The notes: generated by a model not told the origin, from the letters alone. A stretch of DNA of 63,218 bases, filler included, from Intoshia linei (GCA_001642005.1; 6 parts of 6 records of this genome joined end to end with filler, not necessarily neighbours in it), one strand, 5' to 3'; shown: positions 39,386 through 53,558, counted from the whole stretch's first letter. Made by a program: numbers and translations.

Positions 39386-42300
39386 ATGAAAATTACGCTT
39401 TTATTTATTAGTAAAATTGGTAACTAAATAAGTATAATAAAATTTCTAGGTATTTATTCGGTAATATCAGCTTATAAAGATTGTGATTACGGAAGTTGTT
39501 ATCCTGCAACAGGTGACTTATTGATTGGTAGAGAATCTCAATTGACTACTTCTTCGACTTGTGGTATGGTTATAATATTTTTATTATAAATTTATTAGGA
39601 TTAAAAAATCCAGCTAGATACTGTATTCTGAGCCACTTAAAGCACAGGAAAAAATGCTTTGTGTGTGATTCAAGAAAATTAAATTCAAATTATCGAATTG
39701 AAAATATTGTGTCTCGATTGAGTAAAGTCGATGTGGAGATGGGTGATTATAGTGTTAAGGATAGTAACAAAGAGGAAGATGGAGATGAATATAAAAGTAA
39801 TTCTGAATATTACTCTGATCCATATACACGAGATTATAATTTTGGATATTCTCCATATTCCAACAATAAAAAATGGTGGCAATCAGAAAGTGGAGTAGAA
39901 AATGTTACAATCCGCTTAGATCTTGAAGCAGAATTCCATTTTACTCATTTAGGTAAAAAAATATAAAAATGTACATAATATTTAGTTCTAACATTCAAAA
40001 CATTTCGTCCTGCTTCAATGTTAATAGAAAGATCGTATGATTTTGGAAAATCGTGGAATGTTTATCGGTATTTTGCTGCAGATTGTTCCCATTATTTTCC
40101 AAAAATTTCTTCATCTGTGGTGCGTAATATAAGTGACGTAGTTTGCGAAGAAAAATACTCACAAATAGAACCTTCTACTGGTGCTCAAGTTGTATTTAGA
40201 GCTCTACCGCCATCAAATGAAATTAGTAATCCATATAGTAAAGAAGTAAATAAAAACATAATAATAAAAAATATATTCATAGGTACAAAATTTAATAAAA
40301 ATTACCAATTTACGTATAAATTTTACTGCGTTACACACCCTAGGAGATGATATTCTGGATTTGGATAGAACTGATGCAAATGAAAAATATTATTACGCTA
40401 TATCAAATGCAGTTATTCGAGGTTCGTGTTCTTGTTATGGTCACGCCGAAAAATGCATGCCAATGCAAGGAATGAGGGACAATCCAAATATGGTGCATGG
40501 CAAATGTCAATGTACGCATCACACTACAGGTTACAATTGTGAAAAATGTGAAGATTTCTACCGAGGTGAACACACATTTATATTTTTTAATGTAATTTAA
40601 AATAGATTTACCTTGGATGCCGGCGCACGGCAAACGTAAAAACGCATGTAGAAGATGTAATTGTAATCGGCATGCACAACGTTGCTTCTTTGATCCAGCT
40701 GTTTATAAAGCTAGCGGGTACAATACCACTTTACCAAAGTGAATTTATTTCATAAAAGTATTTTAGTATGATCAGTGGCGGTATATGCGACTCTTGTGAA
40801 CATAATACAATGGGAGTTAACTGTGAAAAATGCAAACCCTTCTATTATCGAGATTCGGTAGTGCCCATGAGTCATCAATTTGCTTGCGTCCCATGTGATT
40901 GTCATATAATTGGATCTTTATACGATGGAGAATGTGATGGAGAAACAAACAAGGAATTAAATTCTATTGCAGGAAAGTGTCATTGTAAAACTAATGTCAC
41001 TGGACACAAATGCGATATGTGCAAAGATGGATTTTGGAATCTATCTCAAGATAATATAAATGGATGCGAATCATGTAAGTGCAACTTAATCGGCACTTAT
41101 CGTAATTTGGGTTGTGATAAAACTACAGGTTACTGTAGATGTAAAAGATTTGTAAGCGGTGTTAAATGTGACCAGTGTATACAAAACTATTGGTATATCT
41201 AATAAAACTGTTAATTTATAAATTTAAGGGGCCTGAGTGACAGCACTAATGGCTGTAAACCATGCAATTGCGATTTTGGAGGGTCAATTGATAACTATTG
41301 CGATATATCTACAGGACAATGTAATTGTCGAAATGGGTTAATGATGAGACAATGCAATCAAGTTGTGCCAAGATATTTTGTTCCAGGAATAGACTATTTA
41401 ATGAGTGAATTAGAAATGAGTATTAAAAAAAAGGTAATTTTAATATCACATTAAATGTACATTTTCGGATTGAATTGTTTTAAAAAAATAAACAATCTAT
41501 TTCATTATTTTCGATTGTGTGAATAACAAAGTGACTATAAAGATTTAAAATTTTTGAAATTAAAATTATTTACTTTATTTTCAAAATAGGCAAAGTAATT
41601 TCTGTGATTTAATAAAAATGTGGTCCAAATCGTATGCATTACTAAGTTGGATTTTTACATTTTTTTTCAGGTTCGTATGTTATGTATTTTCATATAATAT
41701 TTATATAAATAACTATTTTCTATTTAGAATACGTTTATTGTTTATATGACTGGAAATTTGTTTTCGAGCAATCAATTGTATTATGACACGCGCCAAAATT
41801 TATCTAGCTATTATACAGGATACGGCATGTTGGGAGTTGAGAATAATGCTGAGATATATACTGCTTTAAAAAGGGTTCCGCAATCTAATTATTATGACAT
41901 TATAGTTAGATATAAATATAAAGTAAGTATTTATTTTCATACGAATCTTAAAATTTAATAATAAAATAAATACATATAGATAAGAATAATGATTCCCAAT
42001 ACCACAACTCTTTGCAATTTAGATATGGCAGAATATTTATAGGGGGTGTAAATTAATACTCATTTTGTTATATTTTAATTTGTGAGAAAAGTACCACTCA
42101 AAATTTTTACGACGGGTATAATTATTTTAAAAATACTGAAATTATTAATATTAGGGATATTAATGAGTAAAGACCGTTAAATGTTCTGTTTAATCCTAAC
42201 TATAATTAATATTATAATTATCTATTTACAATGTATCTACATTTATTTAGGATATCGTTCCGTTGGATCAAGTACAGGTGAGTATATATGATAATACAAA

Positions 42301-45300
42301 CGGTGATAAAAAATTAATCCACGAAGAAAATGTTACATTATATTCTGGTATTTATATACTATTAAAACAGTCTACATTAAAATTTTTATTGGCCCATTTA
42401 AAAAACATATATTAATATTACAGTTTGCTCAACTAATCGCATATTAAAAGTTAAATATATTTTTTTTATATTTTGAAAAACATTTTTCGTTTTTTGTAGA
42501 ATTTAAAATTTGAATGTATAAAGGGGTCCCTCGCTATTATAATGTTACTTAATGTTACATTGATTGATTTAGGATTAAAACTGCTAGTCTCAGTTTGGGA
42601 AATACTGTGTCGATTAACGTAAATAATACTATATCATTCCTAGTATGTTTTCATAACTTGACCTATTTCTTTTTTTACAAATTTCAATTTTTAAATCACG
42701 TGATGAATCCTGGATATAAACTGCACTCATTGAATATATTTATATGGCTACAAAACTAACTTAAAATATTGTAATTAATCATCTCAATTCTGTTATAAAT
42801 AACACATAATCATGATGAGTAATTTGTCTTATACCGTAACAAAATATCATTTCTAACTTAAATTAAGTCTTAATTATATCTGTATGTTACATTATAAGTA
42901 TATTAAACCTCAATAGTATTTAAAGATACTTTCAAGAGTAGAACTGAATAATAAAATTTATTTTCTATATCGAACCATTCACAAATTTATCATGCACTCC
43001 TCCGTAAAAACATTTAGTTTCCTGTAGAACGCGATATTCCAAAAAGATTAAATTAATGTATACATTTTAGATTCCAATTATGCACCGATTTTTACGAATG
43101 CATTTTTAGAGGAATCAAGATACTACGAAATGGAAACATTCATTTCAAATGCACACCTATATAAAGGGGATAGAGAACATTACTTACTATTTGATTCGGT
43201 TATTATTATACATGTATATGGTTAATTGGAGCCATGCCACGAGCCTATACCCAACAAGAGACATTTCATTAAATCATAGTTTCTAAACCGGTAGTCGCGA
43301 GAAGTTTAAATTTCTTTTATATTTAAAAAAAATTTTTCAATTTTTTAAATGATGATTTTGGAAGAATGAAACCCCATTTTACAAACATTTCATCGAGCAA
43401 CAAGATGGAGTTTCGGGGACGATGTGGTCGGCTCTGAACACAGTAATATCAATAAATTGAATTGGATTTAAAATTCCCCGGAAACTCACAATCACTAATT
43501 ACAATAAGTGAAGTTTTAGTTGTTGGTAATAGGGAGAGATTACGAAATTTTTAGTTCATAAGGGGTAGCGAGATGCAAAAGATGAAAACAACTGGATTAA
43601 ATGGTCAATGTTTAAAATGTTTTTGTTAGGGTAAATGTTATACTTAGCTTATAAAATATCAAATATATAAATAGATAAATCACAGGTTTTTTGGAATTAT
43701 ATGAATAGTTCGACAAGTTTAAAATTTTTTAGCTGATAATATTTTAATTTTGAATGTAACATTTCTAACATTTGATAGATAATACTAACTTTTAGAAACA
43801 TATATACTGTAATTAATTTATAATAATGTTAATGTGCAGATTTATAAATTTCAGGGTTCAAGCTTAACCTTTAAAAGATATTCCCTATTAATTTATAAAT
43901 AAACGAAATGGTTAAAAATATTTACCAAATTCCATTTAAAATCTTTATTGCACTCAGATTGTAAATTCAAAAAAATTTGCTGCAATTATTAATTTGAATA
44001 AAATTAGGTTATTTTGGTACCCAGAATTGTTAATATCAACTTTCCACAAATGTTTGAATACACAGAAAGAGCTCTAACAGAATTTAATCATCGTAGATGT
44101 TTTTTAAATCAAGTTTCTCTTCCAAAAACTCCAGATGTTGTTTGCAATAGATTAATTCACAGTTTTAATTCAGTTATATACGATGGAGCTTTATGTACAT
44201 ATTTAATGATCTAAATATACATTTTACGTTTATTAGCTTGCAATTGCGATGAAACAGGTTCCATCAGTCTCATTTGTTCCTCTCTTGGAGGCAAATGCAA
44301 ATGTAAATCGTATGTTATTAACAGGCGTTGCGATCAATGTGCTCCAGGATATTATGGTTTTGGCACAGGAGGGTGTTTGGGTACATTATCTTAAATTCTG
44401 TATTAATTTTTTATAGACTGTGGGTGCAATAAATTCGGTTCCATCAGTTCAATTTGCTTTGAACAAACTGGCCAATGTCATTGTAAACCAAATATAATGA
44501 GTTTGCAGTGTGATAAATGTATCATTGGTTATTGGAACTTTCCCAATTGCTTTCCATGTGATTGTAACGGAAGAACTGCAGAATGTGATCAACTTACTGG
44601 GTAAAACAATAAATAACTTTTTTATAAAAGTATGAGTATGATTATGTTAATTTATACAATAGAGAGTGCCTGAACTGTAAGAGAAATACTACGGGAAGTA
44701 AATGTCACAAATGTCAAGAACAATATTATCAACATCCTGATGATATTATTGAAGACGGTTGTAGACCGTGTTTATGTCCAAAAGGGGAAACCTCGTTTGT
44801 TCAACATGCATATGGTTGTAATTATAACAACGTTGAAAAAAAAGTGGACTGTTTATGCTTAGAAGGGTATACTGGTATATATTGTGAAGGTTGTAAAATT
44901 AATCATTATGGATATCCTGCAAAAAGAAATGGAACCTGTACTGCATGTTTATGCAACCGAAATATTGATAGATCTATTCCAAATAGTTGTGATTACAATT
45001 CTGGAAAATGCATAAAATGTCTTTTTAATACAACTGGAGACAAATGTCAGTATTGCAAAAATGGTTATTTTGGAAATTCATTTACTCAAAATTGTCAACG
45101 TAAGTTTTAATAACACAAAAATAGTAATTAAAATTTCCCAACTGAAACAATACTAATTATTTGGGGGTTTTTTTAAATCAAAGTGAATTCAATTTTAATT
45201 TTATTCTAGCCTACCCTAAACTCTAAAACTCTTCAACCCTAAAATGTATACTTTGATACATTTTTAGCTTGCAACTGCACAGATTGGGGAACCGACGATT

Positions 45301-47869
45301 CTGAATATTGTAACCAAATTGATGGAAAATGTAAATGTTTAAACCATATTGTTGGTAAAACCTGCAATCAACCTGAATTAGAATATTATCATAAAAACAA
45401 TACAATTGGTGTTATTCCCTGTGATTGTGATTTAAATGGATCCAATTCAAAAATGTGCAATATTGTATTTTTTTTTTTTTATTTTAATTTTTAAAGAATA
45501 CAGGTCAATGCGAGTGTAATGAATTTAGAGGTGGTTTAAATTGTCAGTTTTGCAAAGATGGACTATGGGGTGATCCTAATGTTGAATGCAAACGTAAAGA
45601 TATATTTATTATTTTAAGAAATTAAATTTAGCGTGCAATTGTTCTGAAGAGGGCTCTTTGGATTTACAATGTGACCGTACAAATGGAAACTGTCCTTGCA
45701 AGATATCTATAATGGGAACTAAATGTGATATGTGCGCAAAGGGATATTTTGGTAAAGCACCAAAATGTTTAAAGTGCCATGACTGTTATGAAAATTGGAG
45801 TATTTACATAAATAAATTTAAAAGTATTAAAATTGATTTACATTAATCAATTTCAGATAATATCGAATCACAATCAATAAAAATACAGGAAATTGAACAA
45901 GAAAGTTTGAGATCTTTGTACAGAACTGAATTCGATAAGGTTGAATCTGGAATAAAATCACTAGAAGATTATTTGCAAACTAAGAATGTTACAATTAAAG
46001 ATAGGGATCATGTAAATAAGAAATTATCTGTTTTGAGGTATATTTGAATAATTAATGTAGGTACGCCATCTCCATTATATTTATTTTTTTAATTATAATA
46101 CGTCAAGGATCATAATTTATTGATATTATTTTGGTGATATATTTATCATTCCGTTTGTCAATTTTATATTTAAAATGCTTTTCAACAAGGTTTTAATATG
46201 CACGAAAAGTCAATTGAATTGACTCAATTCCGCTAACGAGGAATTAACCTGTATATACACTACATTTTATAAAAAATTAGTGCAAAGATTGAAAAAATAA
46301 ATCATGCAATTGATAAAAAACTACTTAAAATTGATGGTTCTATAACTTTGGGGAATAGAGTTGCTATGAAATCAGAAATTATGGTTAAAGGTGTATTTGA
46401 TTTAACTAATAAAACAAAAATTTTAAACGCAAAAATGCAAATTGTGGCAGACAGACATATAAATGGTAATAATAATTAAATTAAATATAATCAATACAAT
46501 ATAGTGGCTACAGAAAGCTTAAAAAATTATAACGTGCAGTTTCAAAATATTTCAAATTGGTTTGACAATTCATTACCTCACCTCATGAAAGAAACAGATA
46601 GACTAAAGAGTGAATATGTTTACATTTTAGAAAAAAACGAACCGTATATCAAAAAATTAATAAATGATACTCTAAATATTGATTTATGCAAAAATGTAAA
46701 ATTAGAGAAAGCCAAACTTAGTAAATTGAACAAATTGGTATGATTTCTATTTTTATAGTTTTATATTTATTTACACGTTAATACATTTTAGATGTGCAAT
46801 TCAGAAACATTAGTTTGCAAAGGAAATCAAGTATGCAGTAGCATAAACTGTGACACATGCGGTGGTGAAATGTGTACAGAAGGTTTAAGCTCAAAAAGCG
46901 ATATTTCTGAAAAATTAATCAAAAAAAATAGAGAAAAAATTTCTAACAAAAGGAGTGAATTAAAAATTCATCAGAATAAGGTATAATTACAGATATACTA
47001 AATCTAATCGTTAAATTTTAAATATAATATATCCGCGTTTCAATGCTTTGGGTCACGAAAATTTTCAAGGGTTCAACTAAAAACCCTGTTCAAAAAGTTA
47101 AATTATTATCTTACATTTAAAAAAATTAATTACTGTCGCACATGAAATATTTTTTATCTTAATGGATTAAACTTCAAAGTTTAAACCGCTATAATATATG
47201 ATTATTACGTATTATATTAACGGTTTGTTTTATAATACTTTTTATCTTAAAATTTATTTAAAATTTAGTTGAATAATACAATAACAGAATTTAATAATTC
47301 AAAATATAATATTAATTTATTTTTGAATAATTACAATGAATTTATCGAACGACTTAATTTATTAATTGAAAATAGCCAAAAGCTTATCGATAGGTCTAAA
47401 AAATTTGACATGACAAGTTATTTACAAAAATTGGGTCAAGTTGTAAAGGTTGATTTAAAATATTTTATTATAAACCTTTAATGTTATTGTTTATAATTTT
47501 GTATTTTTACAGATTAGCAATACAATAAAAAATGATACATTTTCATTAAATGAAAATGAATTGAAAAAATTAATTGATGGAATAACTCAGACAGCTAAAT
47601 CTATAGAAAATGTTGGTTACGTTTTAGCGCAGACTAAAAATGTTATTAAAAAAACTGAAAATTTAAAAAAAAAATCTTTAGAGTACAAGTAATGTTTTAT
47701 ATAATATTTAATTAGACATTATTTTAGAATATTCATTGATAATATATATAAAAAAAATGCTAAAATAAAAAAAGATTTGAAATTAATTTATACCAATATT
47801 ACTGATTCAAACAATTATTATATTCAAAAGATTGAGGAATATTCAGAATTTGAAAAAAAGTTGAAGGAT
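39386..47869 (+). CDS. LAMB1: Laminin subunit beta (LN, LE repeats, LF, eight LE, coiled coil with L-beta knob), 3'-partial, many exons
   Basis: '[17 protein letters not shown]', '[26 protein letters not shown]', '[14 protein letters not shown]', '[10 protein letters not shown]', laminin EGF repeats, and a Cys-rich '[12 protein letters not shown]' interruption in the coiled coil. Confidence 0.95.
43275..43594. mobile_element. hAT (Charlie-type) MITE in a laminin intron; an inverted partial copy starts at 36424
   Basis: Ends CATAGTTTCTAAAC / GATGAAAACAACTG; TSD cattaaat/gattaaat; shared internal sequence with 36424-36535. Confidence 0.75.
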
Positions 47870-48233
47870 GTATGTTTATTTTACATTTCAGTACATTGTA
47901 CAATTACAATTTATAGCATACGTATCAGGGATTGGAAATAATTGATTGTAATCAATTATTTTGTATAAACCAATTAATTGTTTGCTAAATATTAATTTTT
48001 AAATTAATTGGTTTTTTTCATATAACTGAAAAAATATAAATTGAATCCTTTTATTNNNNNNNNNNNNNNNNNNNNNNNNNNNNNNNNNNNNNNNNNNNNT
48101 TAATTAATTAANNNNNNNNNNNNNNNNNNNNNNNNNNNNNNNNNNNNNNNNNNNNAAAATTTATAAATGGTGCAAAATTATAGGCTAACTAAATTTCATT
48201 GAATAAAATGGACACTGCGCGAGCACTAAAGGG

Positions 48234-48589
48234 TTAATGCGAAAATTAACAATCGATGTATTTTCATCGTTTGGATGTTTTTCTAGGTATTTTAGGAGAC
48301 CACAAGGTTTAAGATTGGAATTACACATTATAAAATGACAGTTCATGCATTGAGCTCTATCATTCTTCCTACTTTCTATAAGCCCAGTAAATCTATATTT
48401 TACACATTTATTGTTCCATTTGCGAATTTTTTGCATAGATCAATATTGAGTCAATCAAACTTATTTAAATGATCAAGTAAATTTCAATTTGAAAATACGC
48501 TTAATTAGATTTTATTATTAACATTTTTTGTTAATTCAAAATTTAAAAAATAAGAATAGTTTTTCTAGCACCCCGGTTAAGAAACCCTG
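48234..48589 (-). mobile_element. 5' end of a hAT Charlie/Buster transposon (zinc-finger N-terminus), cut by a piggyBac-like end (CACTAAAGGG|TTAA, about 48233)
   Basis: 'IRKWNNKCVKYRFT...AQCMNCHFIMCNSNLKPCGLLKYLEKHP'; TIR CAGGGTTTCTTAACC on the minus strand. Confidence 0.75.
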
Positions 48590-48742
48590 AACTAGAACCA
48601 TTTTTATTTAATTAAAATTAAAATGTGTAAATTTTCAAAAACGGACCGTAGAATTTCAAGATTGTAATTTTTCAAACGAGACTTTACAATTCTAATGTAT
48701 ACAAATTACTCTTATCATATGTGATATCAAGTTGGTATAATG

Positions 48743-48939
48743 CAGGGGTTCCCACTTTTTTTACGGCGGACCGGTAATAAATTGTAAAATTTATTGCGGC
48801 CCATTAAAGCGAAATTACTACCATATAAAAAAAATTGCATAAAAAACGTAATAAATTGACTTATAATTAATAAAAATTTTTTCACAATTATATCGCGAAC
48901 CGTAAATAATTTTCGGAGACCAGTATTTAGGAAACGCTG
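48743..48939. mobile_element. hAT (Charlie-type) MITE, 197 bp
   Basis: CAGGGGTTCCCA ... TAGGAAACGCTG; TSD gtataatg/gtataata. Confidence 0.8.
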
Positions 48940-49099
48940 GTATAATATATCACATGTATAATAACTCTTATAATCAGAAAAATCTTTCTGCTAATTTAGT
49001 AATAAGGGCTAAGCCAAATATCTTTTTTCCACGCTTTACTTCTCTAGAAACCTATACGCGGGTACCCGTTATAAAATACATTATTAGAAGATATTTAAC

Positions 49100-50031
49100 A
49101 ATGATTGAATTCTGCTATCGTAATAATTAAAAAATACAATAATATACAATCTGTTAAAGATAAATTAAGGTCGGCCGTTCTCCTATACTATCCATAAGTG
49201 ATGAACGTCTTTTATGCGACAAGTTTCGAAAGTTTCGTAGTAAAACTGCATTTAGTGTGAAAAGAGACTCATTGGGATCATGTGACCATATTCACAGAAA
49301 CAATAATAAGATATCTTCGCAAAAATAACCTATTCGGAAGAATATCTGCTACAAAACCATTATTATCGAGTCGTAATATTAAAAAAGATTGTTGTGGTGT
49401 CGATTACATTTGGTATGGAGTGATTTGGATTGGTCCAAGGTTATATTTACCGACGAAAGTAAAATCCAACTAATATCCACCACAAAATCGTACGTAAGAA
49501 GGCCTAAAGGTAAAATATTTGATTCCAAATACATTAAAATATTCTCCTTCCCTAATGGTATTTGGTGGTATTCGACATAATGGAGAACGGATTCTTGTAA
49601 GGTGCAATTGTAATGTATATTACAACAAATACATAAGCATTCTCTCTACCATATCGTCAAGTTTTTCATTTTCAGCAGGAAAATATACCTTGCCATAAGT
49701 CTTTAAAAAGTATGGTATATTTAAGTTCAAGAAGGAATAAACTCTTAGAAAACTGTCCGCCACAGAGTCTTGATATAAATATCATAGAAAATATGTGGTA
49801 CATATTAAAATTAGATTACCAAGTAATGTCGAAGACTTATGGATGGTCGCATTAGATGAATGGAATAAAATACCAAAGTCTTATATACAAGAGTATTCCA
49901 AAAAAAATCAAGTCCATTGTCATTTCAAAATAACTACATACTAAATGTAAACAAATAATTTTCATCAAGCTTTCAAAAATAATTAAAATCACCAAAAAAT
50001 TAATATAATTCAGGGAGTCCAAGACTTTTGT
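49100..50031 (+). mobile_element. Decayed Tc1-family transposase (frameshifts and stops)
   Basis: 'KPLLSSRNIKK', 'WSKVIFTDESKIQL', 'YVRRPKG', 'PPQSLDINIIENMW'; GTCCAAGACTTTTG terminal motif. Confidence 0.85.
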
Positions 50032-50533
50032 TTAAAATTATTGGTAATAATTTTTTAATTGAAAGTGAATACAATTAATAATATTTATTACAATCCTTTG
50101 CAATATTGGTAAAATTCGACTGAAATATGTTTATAAAGTGAAGATTCGGTTAATTATTTTATACAAATTGGTATTTTTAAGTATAATAATAAGAAATAAT
50201 AAACAATCGTTCATAATAAAATCGGTGACTTTTCAAATATGTTGGACTTTTTTCATTATGTTAAAAAAAATTATAGATGTGATTTATAGGATATTATTCA
50301 CGTCACACTACACGGTCATTTATTTTACCAATTTCTAAAAGTTAACGCTCTAATGTGGGTGTACTTTTTAATTTTACAAAAGGTGCAAATTTAATAAATT
50401 TCATATACTAACTGAGAATAATAGCGTGTTAATTTCCATGATTATTTTAGTAATGTTAGCTAATAACAGGTCTCACTGTAGTTATATTTACAATATAATG
50501 GAAATTTTAATTTATAATTTTAAATACATGTAG

Positions 50534-51520
50534 CTATTTTTTTTTTTTTCCCTTTGGTTGGCCAATTTCTTTTCCTCTTAAATTTACGCCTAGTAAACAA
50601 ATAAAATTGTAAAATATATATAACCAAAATATCTTTCAAGTTTGGATAATGTAGAGTCGAAACTTCCCGATTTGGAAGCCGTACCGTTTTCTATTGCTTG
50701 GATAGTTTTTGCGTCGACATTAATTTGCTAAGATTTTTAAAGTTATGAAAAATACTTTTTACCATGCCCAGTTGTTTTTGTGACAAATTTTTAAGTTTTC
50801 TCTGATTTGCAACTTCTTGACAAGTGTTATTGGATACTTTCGCTATTTTAAGTGATGCTGGATCATCGTCCAAATATTTTTTAGCTGTGTCACCCACAAC
50901 TCGAACTCCAGTATCAGTCCCTCCCCTTTCTAAAGATTGCATTATAAAGTTAATGGAATTTAATTGACAGAAAAATATGTATTAAAGTCTAATCATGTAA
51001 TGTCTTTGTCAGATACTAAATATATTCACAATTTTAATAAAACTGAAATTTCTACAAGAATCATCCGAGTTATTTTTAAATTATAGGCGCGTCACTCAAA
51101 AATTGTTGTGAACCATATTTCCACCATTGATTTATAGCACTGGTGGCAAATAAAGTGGAACACACATAAACAAATATTGCTTAGCATATAATATAAGTAA
51201 GGATGTATCGATTAACTAAAAGTTAATTAAAAGTAATTAACAAGTTATAAAGGTGTAATGTAAATGGTCTTTTGATTAAACGACAATATATTGAAAACAT
51301 TACATCTGCTCAATGATAACTACTAAGTATTGATGTTATCAACATGTTTTGATATACATATTTCAAAATTACGTTTTCGTATTTTCTCATCCTCGTCAGC
51401 TTTAATTATTTGACTCTAAATATTCAGTTGAAAAGATTAAACTTTAATTAATACTTTCGTCATTTTCTTTCCATTTCTAAAGAAAACAGTTTCTAAGTCA
51501 TTTGGTCGATTTAAATTCAT
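50534..51520 (-). CDS. EDF1: Multiprotein bridging factor 1 / endothelial differentiation-related factor 1, divergent, multi-exon
   Basis: HTH region 'RKLKNLSQKQLGM|QINVDAKTIQAIENGTA...LSKLERYF|GVNLRGKEIGQPKGKKKK*'. Confidence 0.85.
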
Positions 51521-52144
51521 AATTTATAAAATAAAAATATCGATATGTAAATTTTTTAAATGAAAATAAAATAAAGTTGTTGGTATCTTAATGAATTGAT
51601 TTAAAATTAAATTATTATTTATTTTTATTACTTCTACTTAACAACTATTAAATATAACGTTACCCTATGGAGTAATTTAAAATTACATTAAAACATTCTA
51701 ACATTATTGATAATATCAATAAAAATAAATCTTTTGAATTTCGCATAATTATGGAATATAAAAAATTCTTTTAAATTACTTTAGATTATATCGGAAATCC
51801 CAAATCCGTAGAATAAAATTTTCATTGTAACAATTTTTCGTGTTACTGCCCCATCACTAAAATACTATGAATACGTATTGTTCAGGGCAATGGTGATATT
51901 TAGTTATTTAGTAAAACCTCAAAATCATGTGTCACGGATGCTGAGAAACACTGATTATGTGCACTGATTAATATATGCAGTGTTCATCTAAGACTTTTAT
52001 CCCGTTTTTATTTTTCGTCGTTGAAAAAAGTTAAATTCCGTTTCTACGGCAGAAATCCGATCAAAAAAAAGTTAATAAAATTGAAAAATGTCATAGATTC
52101 ATGCATGTTTTGAAATTAATTCAACTTTTTAAAGTATTAAAGAT

Positions 52145-53256
52145 ATGGAAAATAGATGTGTGATATGTGAAAAAAAAGAAAAAACTAGAATGGCTTACGG
52201 ATGCAAGGTTGTATAATTGTAGAATTAGTGATTAACATTCTTTATAAAAATTTTAGGCATGTAGTATGTGCATTTGTTTTTATACGCGACATAAATCAAG
52301 TAATTTAAAATGTAAAAAAGATGTACCTTGCCAAGAAAGCATAGAAATTAACAAAATAAATCTAATGTGCAAAAAGTGTCAAATTATCATAAAACTAGAA
52401 AAATGTAAATTAAAATTTAATCAAAAAAAAAGAAAAACTATTGAAAAAGATGATATTAAAAATATATTATTACCTAAACGTTCAAAATCACTTTGCGGTA
52501 TTGCCTATTTGACAAAGCTATCGAAATCTATAAAAATGGACATTAAAATTGAAGAAAATTATTGCAAGTATTTTTATGTTTTTATATCATTTTAATTTAG
52601 CATTACTTGTTGATAATTATAATGTTGATTCTGATGACGCAATTACATTAATCAAATTATTGATTATCCGAATTAAAAAAAAGGTCTGGTCGATTCAATG
52701 TAAATTTGATTTTAATTTAAATGTTGATCTTATAAATATTAGTTGTTCAAATAATTCCTTTTGATATCAGAAAGAGAATGGTTGATGCGAGTTCAACATC
52801 TTTACTAATTTTACATTTGGCTCGTATAAATTTAAATATTGACATTTTGACGCTTTCCAAAGATCAGTACATCACTCATGCTACCTTGAAATTAACTTCA
52901 TGGGGAACTTGTTTATATAACAACATACGCCGTGTGAAAAATATGATTCAGAATTTTGATCAGTGTACTCTTGATTTTGTATCCATTATTTTATTACTTT
53001 GTTATGGTACATATTTTTGCTTTTACTTTGCATACAATTACAACATCTTATTTTAGACACAATTGGTATTATATCAAAATTTATATACGATAAATTACGA
53101 ATGTGGCGACTTCATATTTACGAATGTCTGGAATATCATTTTGAATCCATTTCAAAGAATTGTCGCACGTACATTAATGATACCTTTATGCTCATTAATT
53201 TTATCAAAGATTGTTCAAGTTTTCAATTTCCTTGGATTATAAACAGTTTTCCTTAA
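52145..53256 (+). CDS. Highly divergent nuclear receptor (C4 zinc-finger DBD plus LBD-like helices), five exons
   Basis: Splicing 52207^52257 gives 'CVICEKKEKTRMAYGCKACSMCICFYTR...KCKKDVPC...MCKKCQ'. Later exons give LBD-like 'VWSIQFVQIIPFDIRKRMVDASSTSLLILHLAR', 'LDFVSIILLLCYD' and 'IYECLEYH'. Confidence 0.72.
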
Positions 53257-53558
53257 TCATTATGTATTTTTTTGTAATTTACTGTTAATTTGTTATGTAC
53301 TATAAATAAACGATTACGTAATACGTATATAGTCTGTGTATTTCATTTCGCAAGTACATTTTATAATCATTTTTAGAGAATTTAGACAAATTTTTTACAC
53401 CAAATTGAGAAGTATGATTTTGGAAAATTAACCGAAAAACCGCCTTTAATAATTATAAGTAAATTGAATGATTATAATAATTATTATTAAATGTCAGAAA
53501 TTTGACAATTTCACTTTAAATTTTCTATAATAAAGTCGAGAATCAATTTAAATTTGCA

